Shown one piece after another: positions 16,137 to 24,536 of a DNA stretch of 32,000 nt. Position numbers and translations under genes: made by a program. The DNA comes from Candidatus Electrothrix yaqonensis (GTDB lineage Bacteria > Desulfobacterota > Desulfobulbia > Desulfobulbales > Desulfobulbaceae), in assembly GCA_047651235.1 (NCBI GenBank), contig CP178758.1:3060001-3092000 (forward strand), in the 5' to 3' direction. The number at the start of each line of letters is the position of its first letter. Position 1 is the stretch's first letter. The notes below the pieces were generated by a model. The model did not search any database. It saw nothing but the letters and a program-made list of their open reading frames with translations, and was not told the DNA's origin.

Positions 16137-17039
16137 TCATCCGAACCGTCCGGTGATATAATCTTCGGTCTGCTGATTTTTCGGATTAGTGAACAGGATC
16201 TTGGTCTTGTCGTATTCCACAATATAGCCTTTGTAGAAAAAGGCTGTGTAATCGGAAATCCTGGCAGCCTGCTGCATACTGTGGGTAACAATAACAATAG
16301 TGAAGTTGCCTTTCAGCTCCTCCACCAGTTCCTCCACCTTCCGGGTCGCCACCGGATCAATGGCTGAGGTCGGTTCGTCCATGAGCAGGATTTCCGGTTC
16401 CAGGGCGATTGTCCGGGCTATACAGAGGCGCTGCTGCTGGCCGCCGGAAAGGGCGATTCCGGGCTTGTCAAGCATATCCTTGACTTCATCAAACAGGGCC
16501 GCCTTTTTCAGGGCCGATTCCACCCGGTCACGCAGCTCGCTTTTCGTCGGTCTGAAGTGCAGGCGCAGGCCGTAGGCGATGTTATCGAATATGCTCATGG
16601 GAAACGGGGTAGGTTTCTGAAAGATCATTCCGACTCGGCGCCGCAGTTCAATCAGGTCGGTATCCTTGTCCAGCAGGTTTCTGCCGTCCAGCAGCACTTT
16701 CCCCTCTGCCCGCTGATTGCCGTACAGCTCGAAGATCCGGTTGTAGATGCGGATATGGGTAGATTTGCCGCAGCCGGAAGGCCCTATTATCGCGGTAACT
16801 TTTCCTTCAATAATATCCAGCTGATTATCAAAAAGCGCCTGATGCTCACCGTAGTAGAAATGCAGATTTCTGGTGGATATTTTTGCTGTCGATGCTGCTG
16901 CACCGTCCTCCTGTTCATTAAAATGGTGGAGAAAGGCATCAACTTTGGTTTTCCCTGCGCTCTGTTCTGCTTCCATTTTTCTGGTCGTCCTTAAAAAACT
17001 CTGTACTCCTTCCGCTTCGTCCATAATGATATCTATCAT
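16137..17039 (-). CDS. pstB: Phosphate ABC transporter ATP-binding protein
   Basis: Near-colinear with the E. coli PstB pattern: NLHFYYG, Walker [34 protein letters not shown], Walker [12 protein letters not shown], and C-terminal [11 protein letters not shown]. The ORF is open to 17120, but ATG 17039 forms an ATGA overlap with the pstA stop. ATG 16976 is another option. Confidence 0.92.
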   Translation of the reverse strand: MIDIIMDEAEGVQSFLRTTRKMEAEQSAGKTKVDAFLHHFNEQEDGAAASTAKISTRNLHFYYGEHQALFDNQLDIIEGKVTAIIGPSGCGKSTHIRIYNRIFELYGNQRAEGKVLLDGRNLLDKDTDLIELRRRVGMIFQKPTPFPMSIFDNIAYGLRLHFRPTKSELRDRVESALKKAALFDEVKDMLDKPGIALSGGQQQRLCIARTIALEPEILLMDEPTSAIDPVATRKVEELVEELKGNFTIVIVTHSMQQAARISDYTAFFYKGYIVEYDKTKILFTNPKNQQTEDYITGRFG

Positions 17040-17881
17040 ATCCGTTTCCCTCTGACAATAAATCGTGCAAAAATGTTCATCAGCAGAACAGTGATCATAA
17101 TAACAAGAGAAGCACCCCAAGCCACCTGATTCCAGTCGTCATAGGGTGACATGGCGTATTGATAGATGGTGACGGTCAGGTTGGCGATCGGCTCATTGAG
17201 CGATTTCATCATGTACGGACTGTTCAGGGCGGTAAACAGCAGGGGGGCGGTTTCCCCGCTGACCCTGGCTACGGAGAGCAATACACCGGTGATCAGACCG
17301 GATTTCGCGGCCCGGAAAATAATGCTCAGGGTGGCCATCCAGCGGGGATTACCGATGGCAAGGGCAGCCTCCCGCAGGGCATTGGGTACCATGCTCAGCA
17401 TATCTTCCGTGGTGCGGGCAATCACCGGAAACATCAGAATCGCCAGGGATACCCCGCCGGCAAGACCGGAAAAACGGCCAAAGGGAAGAACCAGAATGGA
17501 ATAGACAAAGAGGCCGATAATGATTGAGGGAATGCCCATAAGCACATTGACAGTAAAACGGACCCAGGCCCCGAGACGTGAATGCTTGCCGAATTCAGCG
17601 AGATAAACCCCGGCAAGCAGACCGCTGGGTACACCTATCCCGGTTGCGATTGCAGTCATCAGCAGAGTACCGATAATGGCATTCTTCACGCCGCCGCCCT
17701 CCATGCCCGGCGGCGTGGGCAGTTCCGTAAAAAAATTCCAGTTGATGGCTGCCGCACCCCGCTGAATGACGACAAACAGTATCCAGCCCAGAAAAAAAAT
17801 ACCTGTCAGGGCGGCAAGCATGGAGATCCCTTTGATCAGGAGATCGACAAACTTTCTCCGTCCGGCGGAACGCGGTTTCAT
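17036..17881 (-). CDS. pstA: Phosphate ABC transporter permease
   Basis: Six-TM permease with an EAA-type loop ([32 protein letters not shown]). It is the second permease in pstSCAB order, and its start overlaps the pstC stop. Confidence 0.9.
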   Translation of the reverse strand: MKPRSAGRRKFVDLLIKGISMLAALTGIFFLGWILFVVIQRGAAAINWNFFTELPTPPGMEGGGVKNAIIGTLLMTAIATGIGVPSGLLAGVYLAEFGKHSRLGAWVRFTVNVLMGIPSIIIGLFVYSILVLPFGRFSGLAGGVSLAILMFPVIARTTEDMLSMVPNALREAALAIGNPRWMATLSIIFRAAKSGLITGVLLSVARVSGETAPLLFTALNSPYMMKSLNEPIANLTVTIYQYAMSPYDDWNQVAWGASLVIMITVLLMNIFARFIVRGKRI

Positions 17882-18849
17882 AACAGATCTCCTCCCATTT
17901 TTCTTTTCACCCGTTTCAGCCAGAGCTGGGTCACGATCTGCAGGGCAAAGGTCATCAGAAAAAGCACCAGACCGAGCTCCATGAGTGAACTCATATAGAC
18001 AGGTTCAGCAGCTTCGGCAAATTCATTGGCCAGCCGCGAGGCGATGCTGTTGCCTGCTTCAAACAGGGAAAGAGAGATGTCACTGCTGTTGCCGATCACA
18101 AAGGTGATGGCCATAGTTTCCCCGATGGCCCGGCCCAGCCCCAGGAGACAGGCGCCGATCATCCCCTGGATGCCGTAGCGGATGGTGATGTCCTTGGTCA
18201 CCTCCCAGGTGGTGGCGCCCATGCCGTATCCCGCCTCCTTCATTACGTCCGGGACCATGCTGAAGACATCCCGCATAACGCTGCTGATAAAGGGAAGAAT
18301 CATGAGCGCAAGCACGATCCCGGCGGTCAGCATGCCGATCCCCATTTCCGGCCCCTGAAAAAGCGGAAGAAAGCCCAGATATTCTGAAAGCAGGGGCTGG
18401 ACATAATCGGACATGAACGGGGCAAAGACAAACAGCCCCCACATGCCGTAGATAATACTGGGCACGGCAGCGAGCAGTTCAATGGCATTGCCCACCACAT
18501 AACTGATTTTCGGAGGAGCCAGCTCGACCAGAAAAAGGGCGATGACCACACTCAGGGGCACGGCCAGCAGCATGGCAATGGCTGTGGACATCAGGGTGCC
18601 GTAGATACTGCTGAGCGCCCCGAATTCCTGGGTCACCGGATTCCAGGCTTTGGAAAAGAGGAAACCAAGGCCGAACTGGCGGATCGAGGGTAGGGAATTC
18701 CAGATCAGTGAAACAAAAATACCGGCCATGACCACCAGAATCAGTCCGGCACTGGCTGCGGTAATGCCTTTGAAGAGCTGATCGGTCTGTTCGCCGGTTT
18801 TCCAGTTCCGCGAGGTTCGCCTTTGTTTGACAACGTCGCTTTGTTTCAT
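17878..18849 (-). CDS. pstC: Phosphate ABC transporter permease
   Basis: Permease with an EAA-type loop (VMKEAGYGMGATTWEVTKDITIRYGIQGMIG). It is the first permease after pstS, at 323 aa. Confidence 0.9.
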   Translation of the reverse strand: MKQSDVVKQRRTSRNWKTGEQTDQLFKGITAASAGLILVVMAGIFVSLIWNSLPSIRQFGLGFLFSKAWNPVTQEFGALSSIYGTLMSTAIAMLLAVPLSVVIALFLVELAPPKISYVVGNAIELLAAVPSIIYGMWGLFVFAPFMSDYVQPLLSEYLGFLPLFQGPEMGIGMLTAGIVLALMILPFISSVMRDVFSMVPDVMKEAGYGMGATTWEVTKDITIRYGIQGMIGACLLGLGRAIGETMAITFVIGNSSDISLSLFEAGNSIASRLANEFAEAAEPVYMSSLMELGLVLFLMTFALQIVTQLWLKRVKRKMGGDLL

Positions 18850-18918
18850 AGGTATGTACAGATAGATAATTTATCCGGTTTATCAGGCGGAACAGGCACC
18901 TTTTTCTTTTTTCCGGGC

Positions 18919-18950
18919 AAAATAAAGTACCCCGTCCGGAACGGACGGGG
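18919..18950 (-). terminator. Strong GC hairpin plus T-rich tail between pstS and pstC (intercistronic attenuator or stabiliser)
   Basis: CCCCGTCCG (18930-18938), 3-nt loop, CGGACGGGG (18942-18950). On the transcribed minus strand it is followed by TACTTTATTTTG. Confidence 0.55.
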
Positions 18951-19080
18951 CAGCGAACCCATTACTTTTATTCTGAAAATGAGCTGAATTAAAGGGTCAC
19001 GAAAGGAGATGGAGATGGAAGGCCGCAACCCTTTAACTCATACTCGAACTGTACCTCAGACTGTACCTGTACTTCCGTGC

Positions 19081-20145
19081 TTAGTCGGCAGGCCATACAG
19101 GCGCATCCCCGAGGGTGATGTTTTTTTCCCAGACGTTCTTGACCATTGCCACGACCTTATCCGGCATAGGAACATAATGCAGTTTCTCCGCAGTTTCCTT
19201 GCCGTGGGTGTAGCACCAGTCAAAGAATTTAAGCATAACCGGAGCCACATCTTTTTTCTCCTGATTTTTATACATCAGGATGTAGGAAACCCCGGTGATC
19301 GGCCAGCTGTCCTTGCCCGGCTGGTCGGTCAGATACATATAAAAGCCGTCTTCCTCCTTCCACTCAGCATTGGCGGCAGCTGCTTGGAAAGACTCGATGG
19401 TCGGATCAACTTCCCCGCCGTCCCGGTTTTTCAGCTTCACATGGGCCAACTTGTTTTGCAGGGCATAGGCGTATTCCACATAACCGATGCCGCCGTTTAC
19501 CTTGCGGACATAGGCGGAAACTCCCTCGTTGCCCTTGCCGCCCACACCGGTGGGCCATTCAACCGTCTTGCCGGAACCGACCTTGTCCTTCCATTCCGGA
19601 GAAACCTTGGCAAGGTAGTTGGTAAAGATGCTGGTGGTGCCGGAGCCGTCAGCCCGATGGACAACCGTAATTTTCTTCTTGGGCAGCTTGAGTCCGGGAT
19701 TAAGCCCTGCAATGGCCGGATCGTTCCACTTTTCTATTTTTCCCAGAAAAATATCAGCAAGCACCGTATTGGTGAGTTTCATGGCTCCGGCATCAACGCC
19801 CTTCACATTGATGATGGGAACCACGCCGCCCATGATCATGGGAAACTGCAGCAGGCCGAATTCATCCAGCTCCTCCTTTTTCAGGGGAGCGTCCGAGGCC
19901 CCGAAATCAACCGTCTTTGCCTTGATCTGGGCAATGCCGCCGCCAGAACCGATAGACTGGTAGTTGATCTTTACTCCGCTCATCTCATGGTATTTATAGG
20001 CCCATTGCCCGTACACCGGGAAAGGAAATGAAGCACCCGCACCGTTGACTGTAACATCAGCAATGGCCGCAGAAGCTCCGAAACACAGGGCAAGCATAAT
20101 GATACAGCTGACCCTTGCTGTCCAACGAACTGTTTTCATGTTCAT
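19081..20145 (-). CDS. pstS: Phosphate ABC transporter substrate-binding protein
   Basis: Signal peptide (IIMLALCFGASAAIA), then NGAGASFPFPVYGQWAYKY, which is typical of PstS. The ORF is open to 20232, but GAGAGGAAG lies 7 nt upstream of ATG 20145 and the signal peptide starts there. Confidence 0.9.
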   Translation of the reverse strand: MNMKTVRWTARVSCIIMLALCFGASAAIADVTVNGAGASFPFPVYGQWAYKYHEMSGVKINYQSIGSGGGIAQIKAKTVDFGASDAPLKKEELDEFGLLQFPMIMGGVVPIINVKGVDAGAMKLTNTVLADIFLGKIEKWNDPAIAGLNPGLKLPKKKITVVHRADGSGTTSIFTNYLAKVSPEWKDKVGSGKTVEWPTGVGGKGNEGVSAYVRKVNGGIGYVEYAYALQNKLAHVKLKNRDGGEVDPTIESFQAAAANAEWKEEDGFYMYLTDQPGKDSWPITGVSYILMYKNQEKKDVAPVMLKFFDWCYTHGKETAEKLHYVPMPDKVVAMVKNVWEKNITLGDAPVWPAD

Positions 20146-20194
20146 AATGCACTTCCTCTCTACTTTTTGGTCTTCTTTTTTTACAGGGTTGTCT

Positions 20195-20233
20195 GTTGAC
20201 CTACGATAAACTAAATCGTAGCGAGACGTCAAC
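20195..20233. promoter_or_regulatory. 39-bp imperfect palindrome in the pstS upstream region (operator candidate)
   Basis: GTTGAC-CTACGAT-AAACTAA-ATCGTAG-CGAGAC-GTCAAC. The inner 7-bp arms and outer 6-bp arms are perfect, with a 6-nt asymmetry. On the pstS sense strand it contains TTGACG, a -35-like hexamer. Confidence 0.3.
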
Positions 20234-20463
20234 GCTTTCGGACACCAAGATGTCTGAAGTTTGTTAGGAAATGATGAGGAATGGATAAGAAATTTGTAAT
20301 GTGCCGGAAAGTGTCTTGCTGAATGATTGGTAATCCGGCATGATTGCAGGAGATGTCGGGCAGGTTTCCGGCATGCTGCGAAGGTGTGAACGGAAGAAAA
20401 AACAGAACAGGCAGATATATTTTTGCTCGTTTAATAATTCCGGATCGTCAAGTGAAAAAAGTT

Positions 20464-21174
20464 ATGGCAAAAGAAAAAATTCTGATTGTAGAGGATGAAG
20501 AGGACATTTTGGAACTGCTCCGGTTTAATCTGGTCGGGGAGGGGTATCAGGTGGACAGCGTGATGTCCGGTGAGGACGCATTGAAAAAGATCGGACGGAA
20601 TGCGAATGCATACGAGCTGGTTCTGCTGGATCTGATGCTGCCCGGAATGGAAGGGCTGGAGGTCTGCAGAATGCTGCGGCAGAAACCGGAAACAGCGGAT
20701 ATTCCGGTCATCATGCTCACCGCAAAGGGGGAGGAGACAGATATTGTCGTCGGCCTTGAATTGGGAGCGGATGATTATGTGACCAAGCCGTTCAGCCCGC
20801 GCGTCCTGCTTTCCAGAATCAAGGCGGTGCTGCGCCGCAGCCGGCGGAACGGCGAAAAGGAGGACGCGGTCATTGCCGTCGGCGGCCTGCGGATCAATCC
20901 GTCCCGGTATGAAGTCTCTGTGCAGGAAAAACCGGTCCAGCTGACTGCCACGGAATTCGGTATCCTGGTTTTTCTGGCAAAGCGGCCCGGCTGGGTCTAC
21001 ACCCGGTATCAGATCGTGGATGCGGTGCGGGGAGAAGACTACAGCGTGACAGACCGGGCTGTTGATGTCCAGATTGCCGGGTTACGGAAAAAACTCAGCG
21101 ATCTGAGCCATTATATTGAAACAGTGCGGGGTGTCGGCTACCGCTTCCGCTCCTTGGAGACTGAGGAAGCATGA
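20464..21174 (+). CDS. phoB: Phosphate regulon response regulator (OmpR/PhoB family)
   Basis: REC domain (KILIVEDEEDILELL ... LDLMLPG ... MLTAKG). Winged-helix output (LTATEFGILVFLA ... VDVQIAGLRKKL ... IETVRGVGYRF). The ORF is open from 20344, but the family-typical start is MAKEKILIVEDE at ATG 20464. Confidence 0.88.
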   Translation: MAKEKILIVEDEEDILELLRFNLVGEGYQVDSVMSGEDALKKIGRNANAYELVLLDLMLPGMEGLEVCRMLRQKPETADIPVIMLTAKGEETDIVVGLELGADDYVTKPFSPRVLLSRIKAVLRRSRRNGEKEDAVIAVGGLRINPSRYEVSVQEKPVQLTATEFGILVFLAKRPGWVYTRYQIVDAVRGEDYSVTDRAVDVQIAGLRKKLSDLSHYIETVRGVGYRFRSLETEEA

Positions 21175-22949
21175 ACTTGATCCGCAGCCTTGGCCGGAAA
21201 ATCTATCCGTCATTTTTTCTGCTCCTTCTTGCTGTTTCCTGTGTCTGCACACTCTGCAGCGTTCTGCTGATCAGGGATTTTCTGCGGCAGCAGGTCGGCC
21301 TGCAGTTGGAGACTCATGCCGGGCTGGTCAGAAACCTGCTGGAAAACCGACTGAACCGGGACGTCGGGCAGCTTGATGCCTGGTGCAGAAATGCCGCTCG
21401 GGGACTGAATATTCGGATTACAGTGATTCTTGCTTCCGGACATGTGGTCGGTGATTCAGATGCCGTAGCTGCGGCAATGGATAATCATGCGGACAGACCG
21501 GAAATTTCAGGGGCAATCTCGGAGGGAATCGGCAGCTCAACCCGGTACAGTTATACCCTGAAGCAGGATATGATGTATGTGGCGGTTCCTGTCCGCCGGA
21601 ACGGAAAGGTATGGGGCGTTGTCCGCGCTGCAGCTTCCGTTGCTTCAGTCCGGCACCTGCTTGCCCCGGAATACCGGAAAATAGTGTATTACGGAATTGC
21701 TGTCGTGCTGTTCTCCGTTCTGGTCGGCTGTATACTTTCGTCCCGCATTGCCCGGCCGCTTGAGGCTCTCAGGCAGGGCCTGCTGCGCCTGCAGAAGGAA
21801 GGGGATCTCCGGTACAGGCTCCGCATTACCGGACTGCCTGAAATCGTGGCTGTTGCTGAGGCGGTCAATCAGATCACAGCGCGCTGTACTGACCGGCTTG
21901 ATGAAGTGACAGAGCAGCTCAGGGAGTTCGAGTCCATTTTCAGCAGTATGATCGAGGCGGTTATTGTGATCGATCCTGAAGGCCGAGTCATCCGGGCCAA
22001 CCGGGCCGCTGCCCGGCTGTTCGGTTTTACTCCTGAAGCTGCGGTCAGGCGGGATCTGCAGGAGCTTGTCCGGCACGTTGATGTGCAGCAGTTTATGGAG
22101 ACCACACTGAACAGCGGTGCCCCTGTTGAGGGGGTGATTACCCTCAGAGGCGGCGGAAAGAAAATTCTGCGGGTCCACGGTTCATTGCTGCGCTCCGGGA
22201 CAGGCAGGGCTGCAGGAGCCCTGTTTGTCTTCCACAATATCACCCGCCTGAAGCAGCTGGAAAATATGCGCAGGGAGTTTGTGGCCAATGTTTCCCATGA
22301 GCTGAGAACGCCGATTACCGCGATCAGCGGTTTTGTGGAAACATTACGGAACGGCGCTATGCATGACCCGGAAAACGCTGTCCGGTTTCTGGAGATTATT
22401 GCCCGCAATGTCAAACGCCTTTATGCGATCATCGAAGACCTGCTTTCTCTGTCTCAGATTGAACAGGGAGAGCAGCAGGGCTGCATTCCTCTTGCCTGGG
22501 GTTCTGTCAGAGCAGTGCTGGAGGATGCCGCTGTTGTGTGCCGCAATTCCGAGCGGGGAAAAAATATCCAGATCAGGCTGGAGTGTGATGCTGCCCTCAG
22601 AGCGGAGATCAATGCGGACCTGCTAGGACAGGCAGTGATCAATCTGCTGGACAATGCGATCAAGTACAGTAAAACGGAAAGCATGGTCACGGTGAGGGCA
22701 GAGCAGAAAGCGGATGAGGTGGTGATTGCCGTGGAAGATTCCGGCTGCGGCATTGCCCGTGAACATCTTCCCCGTCTGTTTGAACGGTTTTACCGGGTGG
22801 ATAAGGCAAGAAGCTGCAAACTGGGCGGGACCGGTCTCGGACTTGCCATCACCAAGCATATTATTCTGGCCCACCAGGGAACCATATCTGTTGACAGTAC
22901 CCCGGGAAAAGGAAGCACGTTTTTTATCCGGCTGCCCCGGAGAAGATGA
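21171..22949 (+). CDS. phoR: Phosphate regulon sensor histidine kinase with an extracytoplasmic loop of roughly 150 aa
   Basis: ATGA overlap with the phoB stop. TM1 is FFLLLLAVSCVCTLCSVLLI and TM2 is GIAVVLFSVLVGCILS, followed by HAMP and PAS (IFSSMIEAVIVIDPEGRVIRANRAAARLFG). H-box SHELRTPIT, N-box DNAIKYS, G1 VEDSGCGI and G2 GGTGLGLAI. Confidence 0.85.
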   Translation: MNLIRSLGRKIYPSFFLLLLAVSCVCTLCSVLLIRDFLRQQVGLQLETHAGLVRNLLENRLNRDVGQLDAWCRNAARGLNIRITVILASGHVVGDSDAVAAAMDNHADRPEISGAISEGIGSSTRYSYTLKQDMMYVAVPVRRNGKVWGVVRAAASVASVRHLLAPEYRKIVYYGIAVVLFSVLVGCILSSRIARPLEALRQGLLRLQKEGDLRYRLRITGLPEIVAVAEAVNQITARCTDRLDEVTEQLREFESIFSSMIEAVIVIDPEGRVIRANRAAARLFGFTPEAAVRRDLQELVRHVDVQQFMETTLNSGAPVEGVITLRGGGKKILRVHGSLLRSGTGRAAGALFVFHNITRLKQLENMRREFVANVSHELRTPITAISGFVETLRNGAMHDPENAVRFLEIIARNVKRLYAIIEDLLSLSQIEQGEQQGCIPLAWGSVRAVLEDAAVVCRNSERGKNIQIRLECDAALRAEINADLLGQAVINLLDNAIKYSKTESMVTVRAEQKADEVVIAVEDSGCGIAREHLPRLFERFYRVDKARSCKLGGTGLGLAITKHIILAHQGTISVDSTPGKGSTFFIRLPRRR

Positions 22950-23015
22950 GAACCAGTCTGAGCGCCCTCCTGGCACCGGCCTGCTCTACCGGTCAGCGGG
23001 CCTGTCCCACTCTGC

Positions 23016-24293
23016 TTATTGAGTTTGCCCATGCTGCGCTGGTATGCCCAGTTGCCTGAGGTCATAGCCGGAGGGCTGCTGGAACAGGCGCAGGTCAAAA
23101 TACGGCAGCGCAGCAATCAGATGATCAAAAATGTCTGCCTGAATTGCTTCGTAATTGGCCCAGACCTGATCCCTGCTGAACACGTAAATCTCAAGGGGAA
23201 GTCCGGTGGGACCGGGGGCGAGCTGGCGGACCAGAAAAGTCATCTGCTGGTGAATATTTGGGTTCTGCTTCAGCCAGGCAATGGTGTAGGCCCGAAAAAG
23301 GCCGATATTTGTCTGGCAGCGGCCGTTGACAGTCGGGAAGAGAGCCATGTCGCGGTCTTTGTTGTGCAGGTCTATCTCCTTTTGTTTTGTGCGGATATAG
23401 TCTTTGATGACCTGAATTTCGGACAGTTTTTCCAGCTCCTTTTCATTCAGAAAACGGATGGAGGTCATATCCAGCAGTAAGGCGCGTTTGATGCGGCGCC
23501 CTCCGGATTCCGACATGCCTCGCCAGTTTTTAAAGGGATTGGCCACCAATGCATAGGTCGGAATTGTGGTGATGGTTTTGTTCCAGTTCCGGACCCGGAC
23601 GGAATGGATGGAGACCTCGATGACATCACCGTCTGCGCCATGTGATTCCATCTCAATCCAGTCTCCCACCCGGATGATGTCTCGGCCGGTCAGAAGAATG
23701 GAGGCGATAAAACCCAAAATAGTATCGCGGAAGGCCAGCAGGATCAGGGCTGTCAGTCCTCCCATGACCGACAGCAGCCCCCAGGGCGAGCGGTCCGTCA
23801 GGATGCTGATCAAAAGAATGACGCAGAGCAGATAGATTATGATTTTAACTGCATCAATATATCCCCGAATGGTTTTTCCGGTACTGTGGTGAACAAACCG
23901 GTAAATATCGTTGACAGATTTAAGCAGCGCATTGATTGCGCCGACGCCGACCAGAATAAAACCGCAGAGGATCACGCGGCGCAGAAGTTCCACCCATTGT
24001 GAGTCAGGAGGCAGCAGCATATCCTGGGCAAGATGAAAGATCAGTATCGGCACAACCCAGGACAGGCGCCGGAAAACAATGTTTTTGACCAGTATATCAT
24101 CCCATTGCAACCGGTTACTGGTGACCATATGGATGAGCAGACGGACCAGAGTATGCCGGACCACCCAGGTCGCCAGCAGGGCAAAAAGCAGGATCAGCAC
24201 GGTCGCCAGTCCGTAAGTTATTGGAACGGCAAAATGTTCAGGGACGCCTGACTGCTGAAGCCAGGCAAGAAACAGGTTCTGATGTTCATTCAT
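23016..24293 (-). CDS. Mechanosensitive ion channel, MscS family
   Basis: Several N-terminal TM helices. The MscS pore/beta-domain region is GLLSVMGGLTALILLAFRDTILGFIASILLTGRDIIRVGDWIEM...GDVIEVSIHSVRVRNWNKTITTIPTYALV. Confidence 0.85.
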   Translation of the reverse strand: MNEHQNLFLAWLQQSGVPEHFAVPITYGLATVLILLFALLATWVVRHTLVRLLIHMVTSNRLQWDDILVKNIVFRRLSWVVPILIFHLAQDMLLPPDSQWVELLRRVILCGFILVGVGAINALLKSVNDIYRFVHHSTGKTIRGYIDAVKIIIYLLCVILLISILTDRSPWGLLSVMGGLTALILLAFRDTILGFIASILLTGRDIIRVGDWIEMESHGADGDVIEVSIHSVRVRNWNKTITTIPTYALVANPFKNWRGMSESGGRRIKRALLLDMTSIRFLNEKELEKLSEIQVIKDYIRTKQKEIDLHNKDRDMALFPTVNGRCQTNIGLFRAYTIAWLKQNPNIHQQMTFLVRQLAPGPTGLPLEIYVFSRDQVWANYEAIQADIFDHLIAALPYFDLRLFQQPSGYDLRQLGIPAQHGQTQ

Positions 24294-24536
24294 GGGGCAG
24301 TTGCTGTTCCGGGTATTTCAATTTTTTCAGGTTGGTCTGCATCTCATATCTCTTCTTCATTCTGACCCGAACCGGGCAGAATATCAACTGTTCCTGCGTT
24401 ATTCCTTCCAGAAAAAGCAGGTGGCGGTCGCCACGTCACGTATTTTTCTATTCATTCATCCGGTTTCTCCGGTTATATTGACCGGGAGTTTACCCGTTTT
24501 TTCATAAGGAACAAGTCTGCAGAATAATTTTTATAC

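Noticed and set aside
17040-17120. Longest-ORF start for pstB (17120), and likewise pstS (20232) and phoB (20344)
   Set aside because: Each would overlap the upstream gene or add non-homologous, Cys-rich or odd leader residues. Internal starts give an ATGA coupling (pstB), an SD plus signal peptide (pstS) or the family-typical N-terminus (phoB).
11702-18950. Similarity between the hairpins at 11702-11721 (TTTCCGTC..GACGGAAA) and 18930-18950 (CCCCGTCCG..CGGACGGGG) as a possible dispersed repeat family
   Set aside because: They share only a CCGTC/GACGG core of about 5 bp, which is expected by chance for GC-rich terminator stems.
19009-20031. 340-aa ORF on the plus strand
   Set aside because: It is antisense to pstS, which has a clear PstS signature and signal peptide on the minus strand. 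There is no motif and no SD. It is a shadow ORF.
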